NCBI GenBank assembly: GCA_963716985.1
Contig: OY970323.1
Coordinates: forward strand, 1,280,001-1,344,000
From: an uncultured bacterium
GTDB taxonomy: Bacteria > Chlamydiota > Chlamydiia > Chlamydiales > SM23-39
Length of the DNA stretch: 64,000 nucleotides
Reading direction: 5' to 3'
In this document: positions 51,467 to 61,014 of the stretch, in pieces
How positions within the stretch are numbered: position 1 is the first letter of the stretch
Layout of the letters: every line of letters begins with the position of its first letter
Position numbers and translations under genes: made by a program
Notes under the pieces: model-generated
Databases searched by the model: none
Told to the model about the DNA's origin: nothing
What the model saw: only the letters and a program-made list of their open reading frames with translations

Positions 51467-51614
51467 CAATGCTGTCAACTTAAGGATTCGAGAGCTGCGC
51501 TCTCGAGCTCTCCCCAAAGGGCATGCCCTTTGGAAACCCAAAGCTTAGGTTTCCAAAGGACTGCGTCCTTTGGCGGGGGTTTAAGGGGCAGGGCCCCTTA
51601 TGTTGACAGCATTG
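51467..51614. mobile_element. 148-bp hairpin-rich MITE (IS4-like ends)
   Basis: 19-bp TIR CAATGCTGTCAAC(T/A)TAAGG, 18/19 match; 10-bp TSD CGGGAACAAT at 51457-51466 and 51615-51624. Confidence 0.88.
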
Positions 51615-51792
51615 CGGGAACAATCAGGATATGATGTGAAAAACAGGGCGCAAGACTCTCTTTTTTCCCATGGACGGAGGAGCATCCCGCTTATTCTCTT
51701 TTTTAGGAAAACTCTCTTCCCTTTATAGCAGGATCTCGCCACCGGATAAGGTCGGTCAACGAAAAAGGAGCCTGTTTTTTTGCATATGGGAT

Positions 51793-51833
51793 AAAAAAAA
51801 AGTGCCTTGAAATCGAACTTCCAAAGCACTTTT
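51793..51833 (-). terminator. Terminator after DUF378 copy 3
   Basis: AAAAGTGC…GCACTTTT imperfect stem plus T-run on the minus strand. Confidence 0.6.
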
Positions 51834-51854
51834 ATTGGCGATCATTGAAAAAGC

Positions 51855-52067
51855 TTATTTTCTGGCTTTGATCCAGCGGGCACCTTTGCTTTTCCAAACA
51901 ACAGCGGTATAAATCGCTGCCGCTCCGAAGATAAAATAAGCCAATCTAACTACCCATTCTCTTCCAAAAATGTAGTAAATTAGATTAAATTCAAATATCC
52001 CCCAAAGACCCCAACAAATGCCGCCAATAATTAGGGCGGACATTACCAATTGATCCATTTTTGTCAT
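51855..52067 (-). CDS. DUF378 small membrane protein (copy 3)
   Basis: LIIGGICWGLWGIFEFNLI…IFG; GAGGT RBS. Confidence 0.85.
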   Translation of the reverse strand: MTKMDQLVMSALIIGGICWGLWGIFEFNLIYYIFGREWVVRLAYFIFGAAAIYTAVVWKSKGARWIKARK

Positions 52068-52233
52068 ATTTACCTCATGGCTAATGGGACTTCCCATGTC
52101 TTTATTATTAAACAATGAAATTAATCATTCAATAATAAATTGAATTAATTTAAAAATAGTTAATAATTGGTGAAAAATTTAAATTATATTTGAATTAAAT
52201 TACATTTAAAAGAATCAGAGGATCGCTTGAAGG

Positions 52234-52272
52234 CAAAAAAAATGCTTTGAAACAGCGATGTTTCAAAGCATT
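52234..52272 (-). terminator. Terminator after DUF378 copy 2
   Basis: AATGCTTTGAAACA/TGTTTCAAAGCATT plus T-run on the minus strand. Confidence 0.8.
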
Positions 52273-52304
52273 CACAAACCTTGAACTCCAAGGCCTTATG
52301 GTGA

Positions 52305-52523
52305 TTATTTTCTTCGAGGAGCTTCGGCCCAACGAATTCCAATCTTCCTCCAGATCACTGCCATATAAATAGCAGAGGCTCCGAAAAGGAAATAAATAAG
52401 CCTATCGACCCATTCTTTTCCAAACAGGTAGAAAACTAAATTGAACTCAAAAACACCCCAAAGACCCCAGTTAACGCCAGCAAAGATCAGCATGGCGAGA
52501 ATTAATTGATCTAATTTGCTCAT
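52305..52523 (-). CDS. DUF378 small membrane protein (copy 2)
   Basis: LIFAGVNWGLWGVFEFNLV…LFG. Confidence 0.88.
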   Translation of the reverse strand: MSKLDQLILAMLIFAGVNWGLWGVFEFNLVFYLFGKEWVDRLIYFLFGASAIYMAVIWRKIGIRWAEAPRRK

Positions 52524-52658
52524 GAACGCCTCACTTAAGTGTAATTTACTACAATTATTATTATTAACAGTTAAAATTTTATTTATCAACGATAAACTTT
52601 TTTTGTTAAAAAGGCAATGAAGCCTCTTTTGTCATTCAAGTCGCTAAAAATAAGTTGT

Positions 52659-52877
52659 TTATTTCTTTGCCCGACCGAACCAATTGAGTTGATATACTTT
52701 CCACGCAATCGTTGCATAAATGGCTGCCACGGCCAGTAGAAAATAAATAAAACGCTCAAGCCAGATTTGTCCAAAGATATAATGTACGATATTTATATCC
52801 CAAATGCCCCACAAACCCCAGTTCAGCCCAGCGATAATGAGCAGAGCTGAAGCTATGATATCTACAATTTTTTTCAT
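52659..52877 (-). CDS. DUF378 small membrane protein (copy 1)
   Basis: LLIIAGLNWGLWGIWDINIV…IFG; GAGGAG RBS. Confidence 0.88.
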   Translation of the reverse strand: MKKIVDIIASALLIIAGLNWGLWGIWDINIVHYIFGQIWLERFIYFLLAVAAIYATIAWKVYQLNWFGRAKK

Positions 52878-53003
52878 ATATAAACTCCTCCAATAAAGTA
52901 AGGTAATTATCTTACCTAGTCTCAAAAAATGAATTTCATTGCAAGGTTTTTTTTCCAACAAAATGAAAATTCGATTATAATTGCCAAAAAACAGGGAATC
53001 CCG

Positions 53004-54287
53004 ATGAACATTCCTCTAGCTGAGCTCCTGCGCCCTCAATCTCTGCATGAAGTCGTCGGACACAAACAACTTCTTACAAATGAAGGGTTTTTAAAAGAAT
53101 CCATGGAACGGAAAAAACCCCTCTCTCTTCTTCTTCATGGCCCTCCCGGATGCGGAAAGACCACGCTGGCGAAAATCTATGCAAGCTCTTTTCCCCTGCC
53201 GTGGATTCAAATCAGCGCTGTTTTTAGCGGAATCGCTGAGATCAAAAAAATCGTTCAGGACGCCAAAGAAAACCCGCTCTTTCAAAGACAGGTGATCCTA
53301 TTCGTCAATGAAATCCATCGCTTCAATAAAGCACAGCAAGATGCTTTTCTCCCCTATGTGGAAAATGGAACGATCGTCTTGATCGGAGCAACCACTGAAA
53401 ACCCCTCTTTCGCCCTCAACAATGCTCTATTGTCAAGACTTCGCATCTTAACCCTTTCTCCATTAGAAACGAAAGATTTGGAAACCATTCTTTCTCGATA
53501 TGAAGAACGCATAGCACCCCTGCCCATGACTCCGGAAGCAAAAGACTTTCTCATTGCGTCCTCTCATGGAGATGCCAGGCACCTTCTTAATATGATCGAA
53601 AACGTAGAAGGAAAAAAAGAAACGCTCGATCTTGCAAAAATCACAACGCTCCTTCAAAAAAAAGCGCCTCTCTACGACAAACATGACGATCATCACTACA
53701 ATCTCATATCTGTTCTTCACAAAGCCGTTCGCAGTTCGGATGCGGATGCGGCCCTCTATTGGCTTGCACGAATGTTCGATGGAGGAGAGGATCCGCTTTT
53801 CATCGCAAGACGATTGATCCGCATGGCAAGCGAAGACGTAGGACTTGCCGACCCAAATGCTTTGCATATCGCCCACTTGGCCTGGCAAACCTACCATCTC
53901 TTGGGCTCTCCCGAAGGAGAGTTGGCCATTGCACAAGCAGTGCTCTATCTAGCGCTCTCGCCTAAAAGCAATGCTCTCTACATGGCTATGAATACCGCCA
54001 AAGAAAGCGCCCAAAAAGATTCCCATCTCCCGCCTCCAAAATTCGCTTTAAATGCGCCCACTTCCTTAATGAAAGAAATGGGCTACTCTGACGGGTATCT
54101 TTACGACCATGACACAAAAGATTGCTGTTCGGGACAAAACTACTTTCCGGAAGGGTTGGAGCGCATTTCCTTTTATCGCCCCGTAGACAGAGGCTTTGAA
54201 AGAGAATTAAAAAAACGCGTTCACTATTTTGATTCCTTCCGGACAAAATCTAGCGGCTCTCTCCCCTCTTCGGAAAAAGAGATTTAA
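53004..54287 (+). CDS. rarA: Replication-associated recombination protein A
   Basis: PLAELLRP, GPPGCGKTT, GATTENPSF, ASEDVGLADP. Confidence 0.95.
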   Translation: MNIPLAELLRPQSLHEVVGHKQLLTNEGFLKESMERKKPLSLLLHGPPGCGKTTLAKIYASSFPLPWIQISAVFSGIAEIKKIVQDAKENPLFQRQVILFVNEIHRFNKAQQDAFLPYVENGTIVLIGATTENPSFALNNALLSRLRILTLSPLETKDLETILSRYEERIAPLPMTPEAKDFLIASSHGDARHLLNMIENVEGKKETLDLAKITTLLQKKAPLYDKHDDHHYNLISVLHKAVRSSDADAALYWLARMFDGGEDPLFIARRLIRMASEDVGLADPNALHIAHLAWQTYHLLGSPEGELAIAQAVLYLALSPKSNALYMAMNTAKESAQKDSHLPPPKFALNAPTSLMKEMGYSDGYLYDHDTKDCCSGQNYFPEGLERISFYRPVDRGFERELKKRVHYFDSFRTKSSGSLPSSEKEI

Positions 54288-55062
54288 GGTCGCCCTCAAA
54301 AGAAAAAAGCTTTTGTTTTTCTTTCGGCTGCTCCATTGAAGACTTTTCCTTGCCCTGGTAAATGCCATGTTTCGAAATGAAAACCTTCAACTGGCCCGCC
54401 TCATCCATGACCATCATGCCGCTGGGCTTCCCGCCATGAATTAAAACACCCTCTTCCCCACTCTCTCCGGCCACTAACAGGTGAGGCACTTTTTCCAAAA
54501 GACCAAACACGGCTCCGGGAAGATCGCTCTGGTCATAAAAGGCAAGACCGGGTTTGTCTCCCCCGCGCAGAATAGCCGAGACCATTCCATTCGACTTTGC
54601 GAGTCCGAATCCACAACCGCCTTCTTGAAATAAAGACCAAGAACCGACAACGGCTTCTTGCGGAGTTTTCAAATAAATTGCAGGAAGAGTTCCCCCTTTG
54701 ATCTCCAAACGATTGGCGTTATGCTCGTCATTGAGTAAAATTTGTGCCTCTTCGTGAGCATTCACCAAAAGAGAAGCCAAGGGAACTCCCTGCTCATTGC
54801 ATAGGGCAACCATAGGCTCTTTCCCGCCTTTCAGCGAAAGCGTGACATTTCCCGACTCGTCCAAAAAGCGAATTTGCGCTTTTCCGTCAAAAAAACCAAT
54901 TTCGATTTTCTCTTTTTGATCCGCAGAAAGGATGCTCATTTTTTCCGCTTCTATGCGAGAAGGGCTATTCTCATTGAGGCCCATCAGAACAAGCCCGACA
55001 AAGAGGGCCATATTCACGATGGGAAAAACATTGCGCGCGGCGACGCTCCAAAAATTTTTCAT
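54250..55062 (-). CDS. Hypothetical membrane-anchored protein with repetitive beta-rich segments
   Basis: N-terminal TM segment; recurring GGxxPxxxL/F units. Confidence 0.7.
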   Translation of the reverse strand: MKNFWSVAARNVFPIVNMALFVGLVLMGLNENSPSRIEAEKMSILSADQKEKIEIGFFDGKAQIRFLDESGNVTLSLKGGKEPMVALCNEQGVPLASLLVNAHEEAQILLNDEHNANRLEIKGGTLPAIYLKTPQEAVVGSWSLFQEGGCGFGLAKSNGMVSAILRGGDKPGLAFYDQSDLPGAVFGLLEKVPHLLVAGESGEEGVLIHGGKPSGMMVMDEAGQLKVFISKHGIYQGKEKSSMEQPKEKQKLFSFEGDLKSLFPKRGESR

Positions 55063-55244
55063 AAAAAACTTCCTTTTCCTTTTATCAAAACATTTCTCTA
55101 CATTATACTATTGCCAACTTAAGTCAATATTTCTTAAGTTTTTTCAACAAGATCGATTGGAACGCAATAGAAAAATCTTCAGCCATAAAATCTTTGCACA
55201 TTAATTTCGCTTCCAAGGATAATTAAGAAAAAGGGATTTTTTTC

Positions 55245-55691
55245 GTGAATTCTTCAAACGACCTTATTTCTAATCGCAAGGCGTTTCATGATTATGAAAT
55301 CTTAGAAGCCTTTGAGGCCGGCATGGTCTTGCTTGGAACGGAAGTAAAATCCTTGAAAGGGCATGAGGGATCTTTGCAAGACGCATACGTCATCGCACGA
55401 GGGGGCGAACTTTTCCTCTTGAATGCCAGCATCCCTCCTTATCGTCTAGGAACGCATGAAAACCATGAAGAAAGAAGAGAGCGTAAGTTACTCATGCATT
55501 CTTACGAAATTGAAAAGATTAAAAAACTTACCCAGGAAAAAGGGATGACCATTGTCCCTTTAGCCATTTATCTCAAAAAGGGAAGAATCAAGATTCGCAT
55601 TGCGGTCGCAAAAGGAAAAAAAAGCTACGATAAGCGCGCCGCCCTCAAGGAAAAGGCAGAGAAGAAAGAAATCAGCAAAATCTATCGTTAA
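55245..55691 (+). CDS. smpB: SsrA-binding protein
   Basis: NRKAFHDY, GTEVKSL, RKLLMH, YDKR. Confidence 0.96.
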   Translation: MNSSNDLISNRKAFHDYEILEAFEAGMVLLGTEVKSLKGHEGSLQDAYVIARGGELFLLNASIPPYRLGTHENHEERRERKLLMHSYEIEKIKKLTQEKGMTIVPLAIYLKKGRIKIRIAVAKGKKSYDKRAALKEKAEKKEISKIYR

Positions 55692-55765
55692 ATCCTTGAC
55701 AGCTCGCAAAAGAATCTTCTATCGTTGTAAAATAATTGCGATTCAATTTTTCAAGGGATGGGTTT

Positions 55766-56914
55766 ATGAAAATTGTAATTTCCAAAACAGATCTTATCGC
55801 CCTATGTAGCAAACTGCAAAGCATTGTCGCCAACAAGCCTGCGATTCCCATCCTTGCCAATGTTCTTCTAGAAGCCTATGACGACCAGCTTGTTTTGAGT
55901 GCAACAGACCTCACAACCAGCATGCGCTCCTACTGCAGCGCCAAGGTAATCGAAGAAGGGGCAATTGCCCTTCCCGCCAGACGATTTTTTCAATTGGTCC
56001 GCGAATTGACAACATCCCAAATCAAAATCAGCGCCTCTTCTTTCGATTTCGCTGAAATCACATCGGGAAGCTCTTCCTTTAAAATTCACGGAATGAACAA
56101 AAATGAATTTCCAACCCTTCCCAATCTCACCGGAGCTCTGCAGTTCTCCATTTCTCCTAGTCTTTTAAAGGAACTTCTGGCGCGATCTTCTTTTTCCGTC
56201 TCACGCGAAGAAAACCGCTATTTCCTCAACGGCATACTTTTGCAGATTGCCAATCAAACGGCCACCTTCATTGGAACCGATGGAAAGCGTTTGGCAAAGA
56301 CCTGGACCAAAATCTCTTCCGATGCCTCCTTTCAAGGAGCTTATATCATTCCGCTCAAAGCCGTCGAAGAGATGGGAAAGATGCTCGAAGAATCTGAAAA
56401 AGAAGCAACTCTTAGTTTAACCCACGACAAGGTCTTCCTGGAATATAACAACACTCTTCTGATCACAAAGCTTTTAACGGGCCAATATCCCGATGTGGAG
56501 AGGGCCATTCCCCCAAATCCCGCCCTTTCGCTGACGTTGCATCGAGAAGAGCTGATGGTTCTTTTGCGGCAGGTCTCGCTCTTCACCTCTGAGACCAGCG
56601 CTTCGATCCGCTTTATTTTTACCAATGGGCAGCTCCAGCTCAATGCAGCCAGCAACGAAATTGGCGAAGGAAATGTCATTATGCCCGTCGATTACGCAGG
56701 TGAAAAATTAGAAATTGCGTTCAACCCCCACTATTTCCTCGACATCTTGCGCCACAGCAAAGATGAAACCGTTCGATTTTCCTTCACCGACTCTTATACC
56801 CCAGGCCTTCTTTCCGACGCCTCCTCTGCCCTTTTCGCCATTATGCCGATGAGGCTGATGGATCCATCTCCAACCGGCAGTGAGCATGATATTAAAAAAC
56901 CTGCTTTTGCATAA
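55766..56914 (+). CDS. dnaN: DNA polymerase III beta clamp
   Basis: IPILANVL, ATDL, GTDGKRL, IMPMRL. Confidence 0.96.
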   Translation: MKIVISKTDLIALCSKLQSIVANKPAIPILANVLLEAYDDQLVLSATDLTTSMRSYCSAKVIEEGAIALPARRFFQLVRELTTSQIKISASSFDFAEITSGSSSFKIHGMNKNEFPTLPNLTGALQFSISPSLLKELLARSSFSVSREENRYFLNGILLQIANQTATFIGTDGKRLAKTWTKISSDASFQGAYIIPLKAVEEMGKMLEESEKEATLSLTHDKVFLEYNNTLLITKLLTGQYPDVERAIPPNPALSLTLHREELMVLLRQVSLFTSETSASIRFIFTNGQLQLNAASNEIGEGNVIMPVDYAGEKLEIAFNPHYFLDILRHSKDETVRFSFTDSYTPGLLSDASSALFAIMPMRLMDPSPTGSEHDIKKPAFA

Positions 56915-57956
56915 TTTTCGCAATTATGAGCAGCTAAGCGTCTCCTTTCATCCTCGCATCAATGCTTTTTGCGGAGGAAACGGACAGGGGAAAACAAATC
57001 TTCTCGAAGCCATTTATCTTCTCAGCACCGGAAGATCTTTTCGAAGCAGCCATTTGCAAGAGCTCATTTCTAAAAGCAAAAACTTTTTCTATATTGAAGC
57101 TGAAGTCCATAAAGATGGCTTGGATCAAATACTTTCTCTTTACTACGATGGCAAGGAAAAAAAAATTTGCCACCAAAAAAATCTGTGCAGCAGTTTTTCT
57201 TCTCTTCTGGGCCTCCTGCCCTCTATCCTTCATGCACCTGATGATCGCGACCTTCTCTCGGGAGCTCCTTCGATCCGCCGCCGCTTTTTAAACATCCACT
57301 TAAGCCAAGAGGATCCACTCTATACCCATCACCTCTTTCGCTTTGCATCTGCGCTCAAACAGAGAAACTTTCTTTTGAAAACAAAAAACACCAAGACAAT
57401 CTCTCCTTGGGAAGAAGAGCTGGCCATTTCTGCTATTTACCTCATGGAAAAAAGAAGCCGTCTGCTCCAAGAGCTGGACGGATTTCTTCCGACCTATCTC
57501 TCTCTGCTTGCCCAAGACGAAGAGATCTCTCTTCGCTATCTCCCCTCTTTTTCCCAAGATCCTCCGCTTTTTGAAAACTACTTAAAACTCTTAGAGAAAA
57601 ACCGGGCTAAAGAACTTTATTTTGGCGCCACACTCATCGGACCCCATCGCGATGATTGGATGCTCGCCTTTCAACAAAAACAAGCCTCTACCTATGCAAG
57701 CGAGGGGCAAAAAAAATCCTTTCTTCTCGCGCTGCGTTTGTCCGAATGGAAACGTCTTTCGCAAAAATTGGGAGAACCTATCTTGATGAATCTAGACGAT
57801 GCGGCCATTCACTTAGACGCCGTAAGACAATCTCTTTTAAAGCCCCTTCTGTCCCAGTTGGCCCAAGTCTTTTTTACCTCTCCCAGTCCCCTATTCGAAG
57901 AAAAGGATCTCTTGCAAACCTACTTCATTGAAAAGGGAACGATTCGCAGGGCCTAA
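56886..57956 (+). CDS. recF: DNA replication/repair protein RecF
   Basis: NFRNY, GNGQGKTNLLEA, GPHRDD, SEGQ. Confidence 0.96.
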   Translation: MILKNLLLHNFRNYEQLSVSFHPRINAFCGGNGQGKTNLLEAIYLLSTGRSFRSSHLQELISKSKNFFYIEAEVHKDGLDQILSLYYDGKEKKICHQKNLCSSFSSLLGLLPSILHAPDDRDLLSGAPSIRRRFLNIHLSQEDPLYTHHLFRFASALKQRNFLLKTKNTKTISPWEEELAISAIYLMEKRSRLLQELDGFLPTYLSLLAQDEEISLRYLPSFSQDPPLFENYLKLLEKNRAKELYFGATLIGPHRDDWMLAFQQKQASTYASEGQKKSFLLALRLSEWKRLSQKLGEPILMNLDDAAIHLDAVRQSLLKPLLSQLAQVFFTSPSPLFEEKDLLQTYFIEKGTIRRA

Positions 57957-57987
57957 TTCTTTTTCTTAAAAAAACCAAGGGCCGTTT

Positions 57988-59562
57988 TTAAAGAAGATCT
58001 TCCATCAGCTCGAAGTAGCCATCTGCCAAAGGAAAAGGAGGCGCCGCGGGAGGCTCTCTTCTCGAGCGAAACGCTTCCGTCATCTCTTGGGATAGTTTTT
58101 TTCCAAGCTGAACGCCCTCTTGGTCAAAGGAGTTAATGCCCCAAATGAATCCTTGAAATGCAATTTTATGTTCAAAATAGGAAAGAAGCGCTCCCATACG
58201 ATAGGAGTCTAGCATTTCGGTCAAAAGAAGGTGGCTCGGACGATTTCCTAAAAAGAGCCGGTTGGGGTTTTCGCTCTTTTGACCCACTGCAAGCGCAATC
58301 ATTTGAGCAAAGAGATTGGACAGAAGTTTTTCTTGCGAAAAGGTTCCTTTCTGCAACAAATCATCCCCATATTGACTTTTGATCGACCCGATGAACGCAA
58401 GAGGAACGACTTCGCACCCCTGATGGAGAAATTGGAAAAAAGAGTGCTGGCTGTCGGTTCCGACATCTCCAAAGAGAATTTCGCCTGCTGCAAAATCCAA
58501 AAGCCTCCCTTTTTTATCGATCTGCTTGCCATTGGACTCCATATCAAGCTGCTGTAAATGGGCAGGCAGATAGCGAAGTGCGTGCACATAGGGAATCACC
58601 CCGATGGCCGCATGGTGCAAAAAATTGCGATTCCATATGCCAAGCAGAGCTCCCATCAGAGGAAGATTTTCCACGTCCGAAGAAGATCTTGCCACCCGGT
58701 CCATCATTTGCGCTCCCTCTAAGAGCTCCCAATAAATATCAAAACCCAAAGACAAACTCAGCAAAACACCTCCAACCATCGAAGTGGCTGAATATCTCCC
58801 GCCGATGAAATCCCAAATGGTAAAAATGGCATGGTAGCGCGAGGGATTGTCCATCGGACTATTTTTTCCCGTAATCGCAAGAAAATGATCTCTCGAATCC
58901 AGCCCTTCTTTCTCAAAAGCCGTTCGTATTCTTTCTTCATTTACCAATGTCTCTAAAGTCGTGCCCGATTTGGAAACTGAGATGAAGAGAGATTGGGACA
59001 AATGCACGCATTGCAGAACTCTTGCCGCACAATCGGGATCGATATTGGACAAAAAATGAACGCGTACGGTCTTTTTTTGATAGACGCAAAGTGCCTCATA
59101 GATTGCCTTTGGGCCAAGAGAAGATCCCCCAATTCCGATTTGAATGATGTCGGTAATTTCCCTCTCTTCTACGCTCTCTACATACCTTTCTAGCTTTTCT
59201 ACCTCTTTATAAGCCTCCCTGCGGGCAAAATCAGCTTCTGCGGAGGTCAGAGGATCTTTAAAAAAATCACGCGTGGCCGTATGCAATGCAGCCCTTTTTT
59301 CACTCTCGCAGCCCTCGACTTGATTGACGATTTTTCCTTCCTGCATCGACACCATAGAGTCCAAAGCCCTTGTCTCTATCGCCAAATCCAAAAGAGCCTC
59401 TACTATCTGTTCATCGACCCTCTCGGTTGCATAGGAAAGCTTCCATCCGGCATTCCGGGCCTGCATCCGTTCAATACGCCCTTGGGTCATCTGCGTCGTT
59501 AAATCAGGAGGTTTTTGGCTCAACGCCCGAAGTTCGTTGAAACTTTTGCACTTGGAAAACAT
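57988..59562 (-). CDS. pgi: Glucose-6-phosphate isomerase
   Basis: GIGGSSLG, SKSGTTLET, GGRYS, MESNGK, FDQEGVQLGK. Confidence 0.96.
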   Translation of the reverse strand: MFSKCKSFNELRALSQKPPDLTTQMTQGRIERMQARNAGWKLSYATERVDEQIVEALLDLAIETRALDSMVSMQEGKIVNQVEGCESEKRAALHTATRDFFKDPLTSAEADFARREAYKEVEKLERYVESVEEREITDIIQIGIGGSSLGPKAIYEALCVYQKKTVRVHFLSNIDPDCAARVLQCVHLSQSLFISVSKSGTTLETLVNEERIRTAFEKEGLDSRDHFLAITGKNSPMDNPSRYHAIFTIWDFIGGRYSATSMVGGVLLSLSLGFDIYWELLEGAQMMDRVARSSSDVENLPLMGALLGIWNRNFLHHAAIGVIPYVHALRYLPAHLQQLDMESNGKQIDKKGRLLDFAAGEILFGDVGTDSQHSFFQFLHQGCEVVPLAFIGSIKSQYGDDLLQKGTFSQEKLLSNLFAQMIALAVGQKSENPNRLFLGNRPSHLLLTEMLDSYRMGALLSYFEHKIAFQGFIWGINSFDQEGVQLGKKLSQEMTEAFRSRREPPAAPPFPLADGYFELMEDLL

Positions 59563-59696
59563 AGAAGCTCCTTATGATAGGATCAATGTACTCCTACAAT
59601 GACACAAAAATTTCTTCTATACAAGAGTGGTTTTCCTTGCGACTTTTTGATTGATCAAAAGAACTGTTTGGGGCTAACATAGATTTGTTTTTTATG

Positions 59697-59771
59697 CGGG
59701 GCATAGCGCAGTTTGGCTAGCGCGGCTGGTTTGGGACCAGTAGGTCGGGGGTTCAAATCCCTCTGCCCCGA
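59697..59771 (+). tRNA. tRNA-Pro(TGG)
   Basis: CGGGGCA/TGCCCCG acceptor stem, anticodon loop TTTGGGA, GGTTCAAATCC. Confidence 0.96.
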
Positions 59772-59776
59772 TACTT

Positions 59777-60811
59777 TTAGGACCTCTCTTTTTTCAATTC
59801 CTTTAGCAAGTTATAAAGAATTTTTTTCTGAACGTCAGAGATATTGGGATCTTTCAAAGCCTTCGCTCCCTCTTTGACACTTTCTAGAAAAAAATCTCGC
59901 TGCAGCCGGTCATAATGGTTTTCAAATTCTTTTTGCGTCACGAAGGTGGTTTTTTCTCTCTCCACCCTTTGCAACTTAAGAAAAAGATGGGAAAGGACCT
60001 CTCTTGAAAAGGGGAGCAACATCTCTTCATATTCCTTTTCATGCTCCGACCATGTGGCAATGATTTGATCATCTGCAAGAAAATCAAAACCATCCAGCTC
60101 CTGCAAAAGCGCACTTTCTTCTTTTTCCCTAGCGGGAAGAAGGGACATGAGTCCCAGACGGGTTTCCATCCACACCTCATCATCTTCCTCTCTCTGACGC
60201 TCCATTCTCTCCCTTTCTCTTCGTGCACGTGCTCGTGCCTCGGCATCGGTCTGGTATACTGCGACAAAAACCAACAGCCTCGGGTCGAGGGCTCTGGCAT
60301 CTTGAATATCAACAGTCCAAGCATCGCGAAAAAACCGAAGCCAAGGTCGATGGATGGTCGCAATCTCCTTTTTTTCGCTAGGATCGCTAATGACAAACTT
60401 GGTGCCCCAAAAATCCATACGGGCAATTGCAACCAGCCGATTATCGGCATCAAAAATGCGATACTTGGCAGGCGATATCCAGGTAAAAAGCACCTCTTCA
60501 ATCCAACCGATTTCTTTCTCATGAGCATCAAATACATGAGCCACCGTACCAAAGGAAAAGAATTCTGCAATGGCCCGTGCGATCTTTTCTTCTTTTGGGC
60601 CCTGATAATCAAAAGCCGTCGTCAGACTAAAAAGCCTCTTGGTGACCGAGCCGAGTTTTTTTGTATCTGTTTCAAGATCGAAAGTTTCTAATAGAGAAAT
60701 GATCCTCTCGGTAATGTAAAAACTTAAAGGAAGATCCTCGCCGGAATCGGCAACAAGAGGGCTGCAGACCGAAGATGTGGCCCATATCGCTCCAACTAGA
60801 AATTTCTTCAT
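59777..60811 (-). CDS. Putative secreted LURP-one/scramblase-like protein with a helical C-terminal extension
   Basis: Signal-like N-terminus; repeated beta units (VFDAHEKEIGWI, IFDADNRLVA), LDPRLLVF. Confidence 0.6.
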   Translation of the reverse strand: MKKFLVGAIWATSSVCSPLVADSGEDLPLSFYITERIISLLETFDLETDTKKLGSVTKRLFSLTTAFDYQGPKEEKIARAIAEFFSFGTVAHVFDAHEKEIGWIEEVLFTWISPAKYRIFDADNRLVAIARMDFWGTKFVISDPSEKKEIATIHRPWLRFFRDAWTVDIQDARALDPRLLVFVAVYQTDAEARARARRERERMERQREEDDEVWMETRLGLMSLLPAREKEESALLQELDGFDFLADDQIIATWSEHEKEYEEMLLPFSREVLSHLFLKLQRVEREKTTFVTQKEFENHYDRLQRDFFLESVKEGAKALKDPNISDVQKKILYNLLKELKKERS

Positions 60812-61014
60812 GCATGTACCCTCCTCTCAAAACTCGTGGTGGATCGATTCGAAAAATTCCACACATTTCCTTAAAGCTTACGAAAAAACGATAGCACAAA
60901 AGAGAGTTCCAAAAAAGGATTTGATGCTTTTGGAAAAAGGACTCCTGACAAAAATCAGAGAAAAAGACTCGCGCAAAAACGATCAGACAGAAAACCGGAC
61001 TTAAAGCGCGTAGG

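Noticed and set aside
51490..51600. CRISPR array or REP cluster
   Set aside because: No equal-length repeats with spacers and no cas genes; the hairpins lie within TIR/TSD boundaries
55063..55765. oriC or tmRNA near smpB-dnaN-recF
   Set aside because: No dnaA, no cluster of TTATCCACA boxes and no tmRNA termini are visible
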